This document shows positions 28,548 to 38,081 of a stretch of DNA of 64,000 nt, one piece after another. Source of the stretch: an uncultured Gemmatimonadales bacterium (GTDB taxonomy: Bacteria; Gemmatimonadota; Gemmatimonadetes; Longimicrobiales; Longimicrobiaceae); NCBI GenBank assembly GCA_963716255.1, contig OY970303.1, positions 5,024,001-5,088,000 of the forward strand, in the 5' to 3' direction. The notes under the pieces are model-generated. The model was not told the DNA's origin and ran no database searches. It saw only the letters and a program-made list of their open reading frames with translations. The first letter of the stretch is position 1, and every line of letters begins with the position of its first letter. A program made the position numbers and the translations under genes.

Positions 28548-30562
28548 GCCTGGACGCCGGGACCGCCGAGCTCCTGGAGCGGGTGGGGGAGCTCGCGGAG
28601 CCGGGGCGCCGGCAGGAAGCTGCCGCCGCGCTGGCGCGCCTGCTGGGCGCGGAGGGCCTGCTGCTCTTCGCGCCCGACCCCGAGATGGGCGTGCCGCTCC
28701 CGGCGCCGGGCCTCTCCCAGGTCCTGCGCGGAGCGGGGGAGTGGCGCGCGTTCCTGGGGGTGTGCGCCCGCCAGGGCGACCTCTCGGGGACCGTTCCCGG
28801 ACCGGATGGAGCGCCTGCCCCCGTGCGCGGATGCGCCCTGCCGGACGGGACCGCCGCGGTCCTGGTCCGGCCCGGTCCCGGCGCCACCGGACCGGGGCCG
28901 CTCCGGCCCCTCCTCCCGCTCCTGGGCGCGCTCTTCCGCGCGGAGCGGCAGGTCGCCGCGGACGAGGTCCGCGCCCGCTCGGCGGCGGAGGTCGTCGAGC
29001 GGGCGCGCGTGCTGACCCGGGCTCTCCAGGAGATGCGGCAGCGGCTGGAGGGCGCCCTGGTGGAAGCCGAAGACGCTCGGGCGGAAGCGAAGCGGCGGGC
29101 CGAAGAGGCCGAGCTCCTCGCCGTGGAGCTCCAGGCGCAGGCGGACCAGCTCCAGGAGCAGACGGTCGAGCTGGAGCTGCTGAACGACGAGCTCGCCACT
29201 CGCACCGAGGAGGCGGAGCGGGCGCGCGCCGCCGCGGACGAGGCGAACCGGGCGAAGTCGCAGTTCCTCGCCAACATGAGCCATGAGCTCCGCACACCCA
29301 TCAACGCCGTCATGGGCTACGCGGAGCTGCTCAGCATGGGCATCACCGGTCCGGTGACGGGGGAGCAGCAGGCCCAGCTGGAGCGGATCCGGGCCAGCAG
29401 CGCGCACCTGCTCGGCCTGATCAACGACATTCTCGACCTGTCAAAGGTGGAGGCGGGCCAGATGACGGTCGCGCACGAGCCCGGGTCCGTGAGGGAGGTC
29501 GTGGCCGAGGCGGTGGCCCTCGTCGAGGTGCAGGCGGAGGCGGGGCGGCTCACGCTGGCGAACGAGTGCAGGGATCCCGGGGCGACCTACGTGGGCGACC
29601 GGGACCGGGTGCGCCAGGTCCTGGTGAACCTCCTTTCCAACGCGGTGAAGTTCACGGAGCCCGGCGGCAGGGTGACGGTCCGGGTGGGCACGACGGAGCA
29701 CGCGGAGGCGACCACCCAGGTCGCCGGGGAAGGGCCGTGGACGTTCGTCGAGGTGGAGGACACCGGGATCGGGATGGCCGCCGACCAGCTCGCGCGGATC
29801 TTCCAGCCCTTCGTGCAGGCGGAGTCGGGCCACACCCGCACGCGGGGCGGCACGGGGCTGGGGCTCACCATCAGCCGGCAGCTCGCCCGCCTGATGGGGG
29901 GAGACCTCGCCGTGCGGAGCGTGGAGGGCCGGGGTTCCACCTTCACGCTGTGGCTCCCCGCCGCGTCGCCGGAGACCGGATCGCTCGACCCGGTCCTCCG
30001 GGTCGGAGCCGCGGCCGGGGTGGAGCCATGGCCGGCCGGGCTCGCCAGGGTGGGGGCGATCCTGCAGGCGGAGCTCCCGTCGATCACGGCGGCGGTCGCG
30101 CATCGTGTCCGGACCGAGATCCCGGCTGGCCGCCGGAACGAGGGCGAGCTCCTAGACCACGCCCCCGTGTTCGTCGCGGAGGTCGCCGCCATCCTGGTGA
30201 AGCTGGGCCGGTCCGGAGGGGATCCCTCGCTCCTGCGGGAAGGCAGCGACGTGCAGCGGCTGCTCGCCGACAAGCTCGGCGCCGCGCGTGGGCGCCAGGG
30301 ATGGCCCGCCGAAGCGGTCCAGCGGGAGTTGGAGATCCTGAGGGAGGAGCTGGTCAGGACGGTGCGGGCCTCCATGAAAGGATCGTCCGACCTGGACCCG
30401 GAAGGAGTGATCCGCGTGCTGGACCGGCTGGTCCAGGCTTCGCAGCGCACGAGCCTGGGGAGCCATGGTGCCGCCGCGGCCGGCGCCCCCGTGGACCCCG
30501 GCCGGGCAGAGCTCCGGCCGCTCCCCACGGATGTACCCCAGCAGACACACCATGTCGACTGA
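28529..30562 (+). CDS. Histidine kinase with a C-terminal helical extension (RsbRD_N-like)
   Basis: Coding part of ORF 27353-30562 after the FIST gene: MSHELRTPINAVMGY, NLLSNAVKFT, DTGIGM, GGTGLGL, then about 190 extra aa. Start uncertain. Confidence 0.85.
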   Translation: MHHPPVGLDAGTAELLERVGELAEPGRRQEAAAALARLLGAEGLLLFAPDPEMGVPLPAPGLSQVLRGAGEWRAFLGVCARQGDLSGTVPGPDGAPAPVRGCALPDGTAAVLVRPGPGATGPGPLRPLLPLLGALFRAERQVAADEVRARSAAEVVERARVLTRALQEMRQRLEGALVEAEDARAEAKRRAEEAELLAVELQAQADQLQEQTVELELLNDELATRTEEAERARAAADEANRAKSQFLANMSHELRTPINAVMGYAELLSMGITGPVTGEQQAQLERIRASSAHLLGLINDILDLSKVEAGQMTVAHEPGSVREVVAEAVALVEVQAEAGRLTLANECRDPGATYVGDRDRVRQVLVNLLSNAVKFTEPGGRVTVRVGTTEHAEATTQVAGEGPWTFVEVEDTGIGMAADQLARIFQPFVQAESGHTRTRGGTGLGLTISRQLARLMGGDLAVRSVEGRGSTFTLWLPAASPETGSLDPVLRVGAAAGVEPWPAGLARVGAILQAELPSITAAVAHRVRTEIPAGRRNEGELLDHAPVFVAEVAAILVKLGRSGGDPSLLREGSDVQRLLADKLGAARGRQGWPAEAVQRELEILREELVRTVRASMKGSSDLDPEGVIRVLDRLVQASQRTSLGSHGAAAAGAPVDPGRAELRPLPTDVPQQTHHVD

Positions 30563-33296
30563 GACGGCCTCCGCCGCGGCGGATCTCTTCGCGGGACCGG
30601 GCGAGATGCGCGTCCTCTGCCGCGGTTTCGACTGGGCGGCGACGCTCCTGGGGCCCGTGGAGGGCTGGTCCCCGACGCTGCGCGTGGCCGTGCAGATGGT
30701 CCTCGGCAGCGGTCTTCCGCAGGTCGTGCTATGGGGCAGGGGGCTCGTCCAGGTCTACAACGACGCCTACGCGGAGCTGATCCGGGCCAAGCACCCGGCG
30801 GCGCTCGCGCAGGGCAACCTGGAGACCTGGCCGGAGCTCACGCACGTCAACGCCCCGATCTACGACCGGGTCTTCCGCGGGGAGACGGTGACCTTCGAGG
30901 ACGCGCTCTACCCGCTGGACCGCGACGAGGTGGTCGAGGACGTCTACCTCACCATCTCCTACAGCCCGGTCCGCGACCCGGGCGGGAGCATCGTGGGCAT
31001 GCTGGCCGCAATGGTGGAGACCACCCGGGACGTGGCGCTGCGGGCGCTGCAGGCCGAGCGCGAACGGCTGTACCGCGAGCTGGAGACCGAGCGCGGCCGG
31101 CTGGCGACGGTGTTCCAGGTGGCCCCCGCCTTCATCGCCACCGTGCGTGGGCCGGAGCACGTCGTGGAGATGGCGAACCCCCCCTACTACCAGCTCGTCG
31201 GGCACCGGGAGCTGATCGGCCGGACCGTGCGGGAAGCCCTGCCGGAGGTGGAGGGGCAGGGATTCATCGAGCTGCTGGACGCCGTCTACCGCTCCGGCGA
31301 GCCGTTCGTGGGGAACGAGATGCGGATCCTCCTCCAGCGCGAGCCCGGAGGCGAGCTGGAGGAGCGGTTCGTCAACTTCGTCTACCAGCCGCTCCCGGAC
31401 GCATCGGGCGCGGTGTCGGGGATCCTCGCCCACGGCGTGGACGTGACGGAGCTGGTGGAGGCCCGCAGGAAGGCTCAGGAGCAGGCGGTGGAGCTCGAGG
31501 CCCAGGCGGAGGAGCTTCGCGACCAGGCGGCCGAGCTCGAGGAGATGCAGGCCGAGCTGGAGGTCGCCAACGCCGACCTCGCCCAGGCCAACCTCGACCT
31601 CGAGGGACGCGCCGACCAGGCGGAACAGGCGCTGCGGGAGGCGGAGGAGGCGAAGCTCGCCCTCGGCGCGTTCCACGACGTGGCGCCGCTGCCCACGGCG
31701 CTCGTCGACCGGGACCTCCGGTACGTGCGCGCCAACGACGCCCTGGCGGCGTTCTACGGCCTGCGGCCGGAGGAGCTGGTCGGCAGGACGATCCGCGAGG
31801 TCATCCCGCGATACGCCGATCGCGTGGAGCCGCTCTACCGCCAGGTGTTCGAGACCGGCGAGCCCATCCGGAACGTGGAGATGGTGGTGCCCGGCCGGGC
31901 CGATCCCGCGGACCCGCGCGCCGTGCTCCTCAACTACTTCCCCGTGCGGGACAGCAGCGGGGCGGTCACCGGAGTCGGGTTCATCGGCCTGGACGTGACG
32001 GACCGCCACCGCGTCGAGCAGGCACACGCCGAGCAGGCCGCCCTCGTGGAAACGCTCCAGCAGGTCGGCCGGTCCGTCGCCTCCGAGCTGGACCTGGAGG
32101 ACATCGTACAGCAGGTCACGGACGCGGCCACCACGGTGACGGGGGCGCAGTTCGGCGCCTTCTTCTACAACGTGCTGAACGAGCAGGGCGAAGCCTACAC
32201 CCTCTACACCATCTCGGGCGTGGACCGGGAGGAGTTCGCGCGGTTTCCCATGCCCCGCGCGACGCCGGTGTTCCGGCCCACCTTCCACGGCGAGGGGGTC
32301 GTCCGGAGCGACGACATCACCCGGGATCCCCGCTACGGCAGGGTGGCGCCGTACCACGGGATGCCCGAGGGTCACCTGCCGGTGACCAGCTACCTGGCCG
32401 TCCCGGTGGTCTCCCGCACCGGCGAGGTGCTGGGCGGCCTCTTCTTCGGGCACGCCGAGCCGGCGCGCTTCCAGGAGCGCCACGAGCGGCTCGCGGAGGG
32501 AATCGCGGGGTGGGCGGCGGTGGCGATGGACAACGCGCGCCTGTACCACGCGGAGCGCACCGCGCGGGCGGAGGCCGAGCGCGCGAACCGGGTCAAGAGC
32601 GAGTTCCTGGCGACGATGAGCCACGAGCTCCGCACGCCCCTGAACGCCATGATCGGCTACACGGACCTCCTGCTCGCGGAGGTGTTCGGGCCCATTCCCG
32701 AGATCGCCCACGGGAAGGTGGAGCGGATCGGCGTCAGCGCCCGCCACCTCCTGGAGCTGATCGAGGAGATCCTCACCTTCTCGCGGCTGGAGGCGGGGGA
32801 GGAAAGGGTGGAGGTCGACGCGGTCGCCCCGGACGCGCTCGTCGGAGAGGTGCAGGCGCTCATGGAGCCGCTGGCGCTCCGCAAGGCGATCCGCCTCGAG
32901 TGCCACGTCCCCGCGGAGTCCCGGCAGATGGAGAGCGACTCCCGGAAGATCCGCCAGATCCTCATCAACCTGGTGGGCAACGCGATCAAGTTCACGGACC
33001 AGGGCGGGGTCCGGCTGTCGCTGGAGGAGGTCGGAGACGAAGCAGTCTTCAGGGTCGCCGACACGGGTCCCGGGATCGCCCCGGAGCACCTGGAGCGGAT
33101 CTTCGACCCGTTCTGGCAGGTGCAGGGCGGGGCGACGCGGACCGTCGGCGGCACGGGGCTGGGGCTGAGCGTCACGCGGCGCCTGGCGCGCCTGCTTGGG
33201 GGCGACGTGAGCGTGGACAGCCAGGTCGGCAAGGGCACCACGTTCGAGGTACGCCTGCCGATGCAGGCGCCCGTACCCGCCGCCGCCGCTCCGTGA
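30552..33296 (+). CDS. PAS-PAS-PAS-GAF histidine kinase
   Basis: GEMRVLCRGFDWAATLLGPVEGWS N-terminus, GAF (GAQFGAFFYN..GHLPVTSYLAVPV), MSHELRTPLNAMIGY, NLVGNAIKFT, GTGLGL. Confidence 0.93.
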   Translation: MSTETASAAADLFAGPGEMRVLCRGFDWAATLLGPVEGWSPTLRVAVQMVLGSGLPQVVLWGRGLVQVYNDAYAELIRAKHPAALAQGNLETWPELTHVNAPIYDRVFRGETVTFEDALYPLDRDEVVEDVYLTISYSPVRDPGGSIVGMLAAMVETTRDVALRALQAERERLYRELETERGRLATVFQVAPAFIATVRGPEHVVEMANPPYYQLVGHRELIGRTVREALPEVEGQGFIELLDAVYRSGEPFVGNEMRILLQREPGGELEERFVNFVYQPLPDASGAVSGILAHGVDVTELVEARRKAQEQAVELEAQAEELRDQAAELEEMQAELEVANADLAQANLDLEGRADQAEQALREAEEAKLALGAFHDVAPLPTALVDRDLRYVRANDALAAFYGLRPEELVGRTIREVIPRYADRVEPLYRQVFETGEPIRNVEMVVPGRADPADPRAVLLNYFPVRDSSGAVTGVGFIGLDVTDRHRVEQAHAEQAALVETLQQVGRSVASELDLEDIVQQVTDAATTVTGAQFGAFFYNVLNEQGEAYTLYTISGVDREEFARFPMPRATPVFRPTFHGEGVVRSDDITRDPRYGRVAPYHGMPEGHLPVTSYLAVPVVSRTGEVLGGLFFGHAEPARFQERHERLAEGIAGWAAVAMDNARLYHAERTARAEAERANRVKSEFLATMSHELRTPLNAMIGYTDLLLAEVFGPIPEIAHGKVERIGVSARHLLELIEEILTFSRLEAGEERVEVDAVAPDALVGEVQALMEPLALRKAIRLECHVPAESRQMESDSRKIRQILINLVGNAIKFTDQGGVRLSLEEVGDEAVFRVADTGPGIAPEHLERIFDPFWQVQGGATRTVGGTGLGLSVTRRLARLLGGDVSVDSQVGKGTTFEVRLPMQAPVPAAAAP

Positions 33297-33510
33297 TGCC
33301 CGCGTCCGAAATGCTCCGGCCTGCTTTCAGCGCCTCCGCGCCGCAGCCTGGTGTTCAGAGGGCCGCAGCTTCACGGGCGCTCCGCCGGTGCGTATCTTGC
33401 CTGGTTGAGTAGAATTCAGTACAGTGCCGTCCCTCCGACGAACGCTGGGATCCCGTTCCGCTCGACCGTGCCGCCGAAGCGCGCCTCGTGTCGAGCCGGT
33501 AGGTGGTACC

Positions 33511-34942
33511 ATGCACGACCTCGCCCTGAATGCGGGTGCGCCCGCACCTTCCGTCGGCCCTCCGGACCACAAGCACGCTGGCCAGTTCTACGAGGACGAC
33601 GATTTCCTGTGCGGCGCGGTCGCGGACTTCGTGTTTCGAGGACTCGCCGCGGGTCGGCCGGCACTCGTCATCGCCACGGATGTGCATCGGGAGACGCTCA
33701 TCGAACGCCTCGCCGCCAGGGGAGTCGAGGTCGCGCGCATGCGGGTGGGCGGCCAGCTCGCGCTCCTGGACGCCCGCGAAGTGCTGAGCGAGTTCATCGC
33801 CGGTGACGTTCCGGACGAGGACCGCTTCCGTGCAAGCCTGGGTGCGGCACTTGAGCTTGCGGTGCGCACCTGCCCGGGTGCCACGGTGTGCGCCTTCGGC
33901 GAGATGGTCGACCTGCTCTGGAAGGACGGCAACCCCGAGGGGGCCATCCCAGCTCGAATCGCTCTGGAACGACCTGGCCCATACCCATGCGTTCGCGCTC
34001 CTCTGCGGCTACGCGGTCGGCAACTTCGATCGCGCCGAGGACGCGGAGACGTTCCTGCGGGTCTGTACCCAGCACGACCACGTGGTGCCCACGGAGAGCT
34101 ACACCCTGCTGAGCGAGGATGAGCGCCTGCGGCGGATCACGCATCTGGAGCAGCGCGCGCAGGCGCTCCAGCGTGAGGTCGAGGACCGGCGCGGTCTGGA
34201 GAAGCGGCTGAGGGAGGCCGCGGCCGAGGCGGCGGCAGCGAATCAGGCGAAGAGCGAGTTCCTGGCGGTGATGAGCCACGAGCTCCGCACTCCGCTAAAC
34301 GCCATCGGCGGGTACGTGGAGCTCCTGGAGGTGGGGATCCCGGGTCCCGTCACCGATGCCCAGCTGCACGATCTCCGCCGCATCCAGCTCAACCAGCGGC
34401 ATCTGCTGGGGCTCGTGAATGAGGTGCTCAACTACGCCAAGCTGGAGACCGGCACCGTCGAGTACGACCTGGCGAGCGTCCCCGTCCGCGAGGCGCTGAG
34501 CTCCGCGGAAGGTCTCGTCGCACCGCTGGCGAGGGCCCGGCGCCTCCGGTTCAACGTGGAACCCTGCGAGCCGGAGCTGGAGGTCCGGGCGGACGCGGAG
34601 AAGCTGCGGCAGGTGCTGGTGAACCTGCTCTCCAACGCGGTCAAGTTCACGGAGAGGGGCTGCCGCGTGACCCTGCGCTGCGAGGCGCGGGACGGCTCGG
34701 CGTGCTTCGTGGTCCGTGACACCGGGATCGGGATCCCGTCCGACAAGCTGGAATCGATCTTCGAGCCTTTCGTGCAGGTGCGCTCGGACCTGACGCGCGA
34801 GCACGACGGCACGGGCCTGGGGCTGGCGATCAGCCGCTCGATCGCCGAGACGATGGGCGGCTCCCTCGTCGCGGAGAGCCGCGAGGGGAAGGGGAGCACC
34901 TTCACGCTCCGCCTCCCGCTCGTAGGAGCTCCGGACGTGTAG
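33511..34942 (+). pseudogene. MEDS-domain histidine kinase, frameshifted
   Basis: MEDS motifs (HAGQFYEDD, AFGEMVDLLW, LESLWNDLA, LLCGY) split by one extra C at ATCCCAG near 33948-33950. The kinase part is intact (SHELRTPLNAIGGY). May be a sequencing error. Confidence 0.85.
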
Positions 34943-35388
34943 CGGGCGGTCCTTTGCCCATCAGTTGTTCATCAACGGCTCCGAGAGCGCATCTCGGATG
35001 CCATTGTCCTTTGTCACCTCACAACCAGCACCTGGAGATCGGGATGCTGGCCATGCCTCGCCACAGGATGATTTGACGACATCAAGCTGGAAGTCGTGGG
35101 CTCGGGGCGTGCTACGCGCTCGGCGTGGCCCTCGATGGTCTTCCGCCCGCCCGCGGGGCTCCGTCCCGGAGCGTACGGTACAACTCCGCCGTCCGGTACG
35201 TTTCCTCCAACCGGGTACCCTGGTCGGCCCCCGGTGCGATTGCGCCGTCGCAAAGGGACGCTTCCAGGTGGTTCCGTTGGATCCGAGTCGGGGTGAAGGG
35301 GGGCCGACAAGTCCCACTTTGTGAGGAGAATGGCCGCGCCCCCTGGACTGGCGTGGTGCCGCCGCAGAGTCGCGGTGACACGGACTCC

Positions 35389-35787
35389 CTAGAACGCCAG
35401 CGGGAGCGCCCGGGGGCCACGCAGGAAGGCATGCCGCCGCCAGCGCACCGCGCAGGGTCGACGGCGAGCCGCAGCTCCGGCGCGCGCTCCAGCAGCGTTC
35501 CGATGGCGATCTGCGCCTCCAGCCGGGCGAGCGGCGTGCCCAGGCAGTAGTGGGCTCCCAGCCCGAACGCCAGGTGCCGGTTCGATCTCCACGCCCTCGC
35601 GCGTACCGCTCCGTGGCGACCTCCACCGGGCTCGTGAAGCGGGCCAGCTCCTCGACCGCCGGCTTCAACAGTTCCGGGGCGCGGCGCAGCCGGTCGAGCT
35701 GCTCCGGGTGGCCCAGGAGCGCGAGCACCCCGCTCCCGATCAGGTTGACGGTGGCCTCGTGGCCGGCCGCCATCAGGAACTCGACAT
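35389..35787 (-). pseudogene. Cytochrome P450 remnant
   Basis: I-helix [12 protein letters not shown], ExxR (VEELARF), heme motif [14 protein letters not shown]-terminal half missing, internal deletion near 35582, frameshifts. Confidence 0.88.
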
Positions 35788-35951
35788 GTACCGAGTGCCG
35801 ATCGACGGAGCGTCCGCCGCGGAGCACGTCTACGGCTTCGCCGATGGAGCGCGGAAGCGAGAAGGGCCGGTGCCGCACAGCGCACCGGCCCATGGCGTTT
35901 CCAAATCGAATCTCCTCGCGCTTTGCTACGGGCTATGGCCAGCTCACCACC

Positions 35952-38081
35952 TCAGAACACGTCGGGGTTGAAGCGGATCGCGGCCCGGAGCGCGCGTGGG
36001 GCGCCCGGCGTCACGTATGCCGACGCCCGCAGCTCCGCGTAGCGGATGCCGAGCGCGTTCTGGAGCTCGGCGTCGAACACCAGGCCGCGCCCCAGGGGGA
36101 TGGAAGCGCCGACGTCGAGGACGGAGAAGCTGCGCGAGCGGACGTCGGGCTCGCCGATCGGCACGTACGGGCCGGTGAACCGCCAGGCGGCGCGCGCCTC
36201 CGTGCCGCTGGCCCACCCCGCCTCCAGCCCGAGCCGGCCGGTATAGCGCGCCACCCCGGGCACGCGCTCCCCCTGCGCCTCGTCGTGCTCGTCCTCGGGA
36301 TGCCCGGCGTGGAAGAGCGGGCGCGAGGGCGCCACCACCCGCGAGGCGGCCGGCTCAACCGAGGCGAGCGACGCGCCCGCGCCTTCGTGGTCGCCGTGCG
36401 CGTCGGCGTAGCTTCCGGTCAGGCGCGCGTCGTTCCAGGTCGCCGCCGCCACCCCGCGCAGCCACGGGCGGAGCCGGACTCCCAGGTCCAGGTCCACCCC
36501 CTGACGCACGCTGGTCCCGGCGCTGGACACCTCGCGGGTCACGGGGTCCAGCACGCGCTCGTTGGACACGTCCATCCGGAACAGGGCGAGCGAGCCCTCC
36601 AGCACGCCGTGGTCGAAGTCGGCGCCCACCTCGTGGGCCCAGGCCAGGATCGGGACCCGGGCCGGGTCGCCGATCACGCCCACCGCGCTGCGGAAGCCAC
36701 GGCTGGAGGAGGCGCGGAGCGAGAGCGCGTCCGAGAGGAGGTAGCGCGCGCCGAGCTTGGGGCTCGCCACCACGCGGGTGTGGTCCTCCCACCCCGCCCC
36801 GGCGGCGAGCAGGTCACGGCTTGCGTGCCGGACCACGTCCACGCGCCCCCCCAGGTCCAGGCCGATGCGCTCTCCCAGGGTGCCGCGCCAGCGCAGGTAC
36901 GCCGCCCCGGCCTGGTGGCGGGCGTCCAGCTCCACCTCCGGCTCGACCGTTCGGCGGGCCTCGGTGCGGCCCAGCGTGAACGACGCCGCGTCGGCGCGCC
37001 CGGACACGCCCAGCGTGACCTCGCCCGCGGCGGGGGTCCAGACCACCTCCGCCTGTCCCCCCGCACCCCAGCGGTCGTCCGACTCCCCCGACTGGTGGAC
37101 CGCCTCGCCCGCCTCGGGCGTGTTCAGGAACAGCTGCCACCGCGAGAGCATCCCCCACGCCGTCGCCTGGAGGAAGGAGCCGGGCGTGACGGGAAGGGCG
37201 TAGCGGCCGTGGAGAACGGCGCGCCGCGCCTCGCCTCCGTCGGTCCGGTCCGCCGCCTCCCTCACCTGCTCTTCGTTGTAGTCCGCGACCGCGACGAAGC
37301 CCGGCGAGCTCCAGTCCGTGCCGTACAGCGCCAGCCCGCCCTCCAGCCGCCCCGCGCCCACCGCGCGCCACCCGCGGAGCAGGCCGTTCCCGAGCCGGTA
37401 GTCGCTGTTCCGGCGCCACCCCTCCGACCGCTGCAGCTCGCCGGCGGCGAGCGTGCCGCCGCGCTCCCTCCGGCGCCCGGTGAGGAGCCACCCGCTCGCG
37501 TCGCCATAGCTGCTCCCGGAGAACGAGCCGGCCGTGCCGCGGGCATCCGCCGCGGTGAACACCTCGGCCACGCCGCCCAGGGCGAAGTCGCCGTACAGGG
37601 GGCTCGCCGCCCCGTGGATCACGCGGAACGAGCTGACGCCCGCGGGGAGGAGCGAGTTCCAGTCGGCGTACCCCTCCCCGTGTCCGTTGATGGGGAGGTT
37701 GACCGGAACGCCGTCCACCACCAGCAGCACGTCGCCGGAGTGGTCGGAGGTGAAGCCGCGGATCACGGCGTTGGAGGCGAAGCCGGGACCCTGGCCCTGC
37801 TCGTGGATCTCCAGCCCCGCCACCCGGCGCGCCAGGTCGTACGGGTTCGCGGCCTGGGCACGGTGGACGGCGTCCGGGTCCACGCGCCGGGTGGCGACCG
37901 GGGGCGGAGCGGACCGTTCGCGCGCGGCGGTCACGACCACCGGCTCCAGGAGGACCCGCGTGGTGTCCGCCGGATTGCCCGCGGGAAGGGACTGCCCGTG
38001 TGCCGCAAATGGGGTGACGGCAGCGAGAGCAGCACCCGCCGCGACCACGCGTGCCGCATCGCGGAGAGGGTTCCGTTTCAT
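35952..38081 (-). CDS. TonB-dependent receptor
   Basis: Signal peptide, TonB-box-like EPVVVTA, plug IRGFTSDHSGDVLLVVDGVPVN..HGEGYAD, SPLYGDFALGG. ATGA overlap with the mbnH stop. Confidence 0.9.
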   Translation of the reverse strand: MKRNPLRDAARVVAAGAALAAVTPFAAHGQSLPAGNPADTTRVLLEPVVVTAARERSAPPPVATRRVDPDAVHRAQAANPYDLARRVAGLEIHEQGQGPGFASNAVIRGFTSDHSGDVLLVVDGVPVNLPINGHGEGYADWNSLLPAGVSSFRVIHGAASPLYGDFALGGVAEVFTAADARGTAGSFSGSSYGDASGWLLTGRRRERGGTLAAGELQRSEGWRRNSDYRLGNGLLRGWRAVGAGRLEGGLALYGTDWSSPGFVAVADYNEEQVREAADRTDGGEARRAVLHGRYALPVTPGSFLQATAWGMLSRWQLFLNTPEAGEAVHQSGESDDRWGAGGQAEVVWTPAAGEVTLGVSGRADAASFTLGRTEARRTVEPEVELDARHQAGAAYLRWRGTLGERIGLDLGGRVDVVRHASRDLLAAGAGWEDHTRVVASPKLGARYLLSDALSLRASSSRGFRSAVGVIGDPARVPILAWAHEVGADFDHGVLEGSLALFRMDVSNERVLDPVTREVSSAGTSVRQGVDLDLGVRLRPWLRGVAAATWNDARLTGSYADAHGDHEGAGASLASVEPAASRVVAPSRPLFHAGHPEDEHDEAQGERVPGVARYTGRLGLEAGWASGTEARAAWRFTGPYVPIGEPDVRSRSFSVLDVGASIPLGRGLVFDAELQNALGIRYAELRASAYVTPGAPRALRAAIRFNPDVF

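Noticed and set aside
34961..35388. Short ORFs between the MEDS kinase and the P450 remnant
   Set aside because: No recognisable motif, RBS or codon bias.
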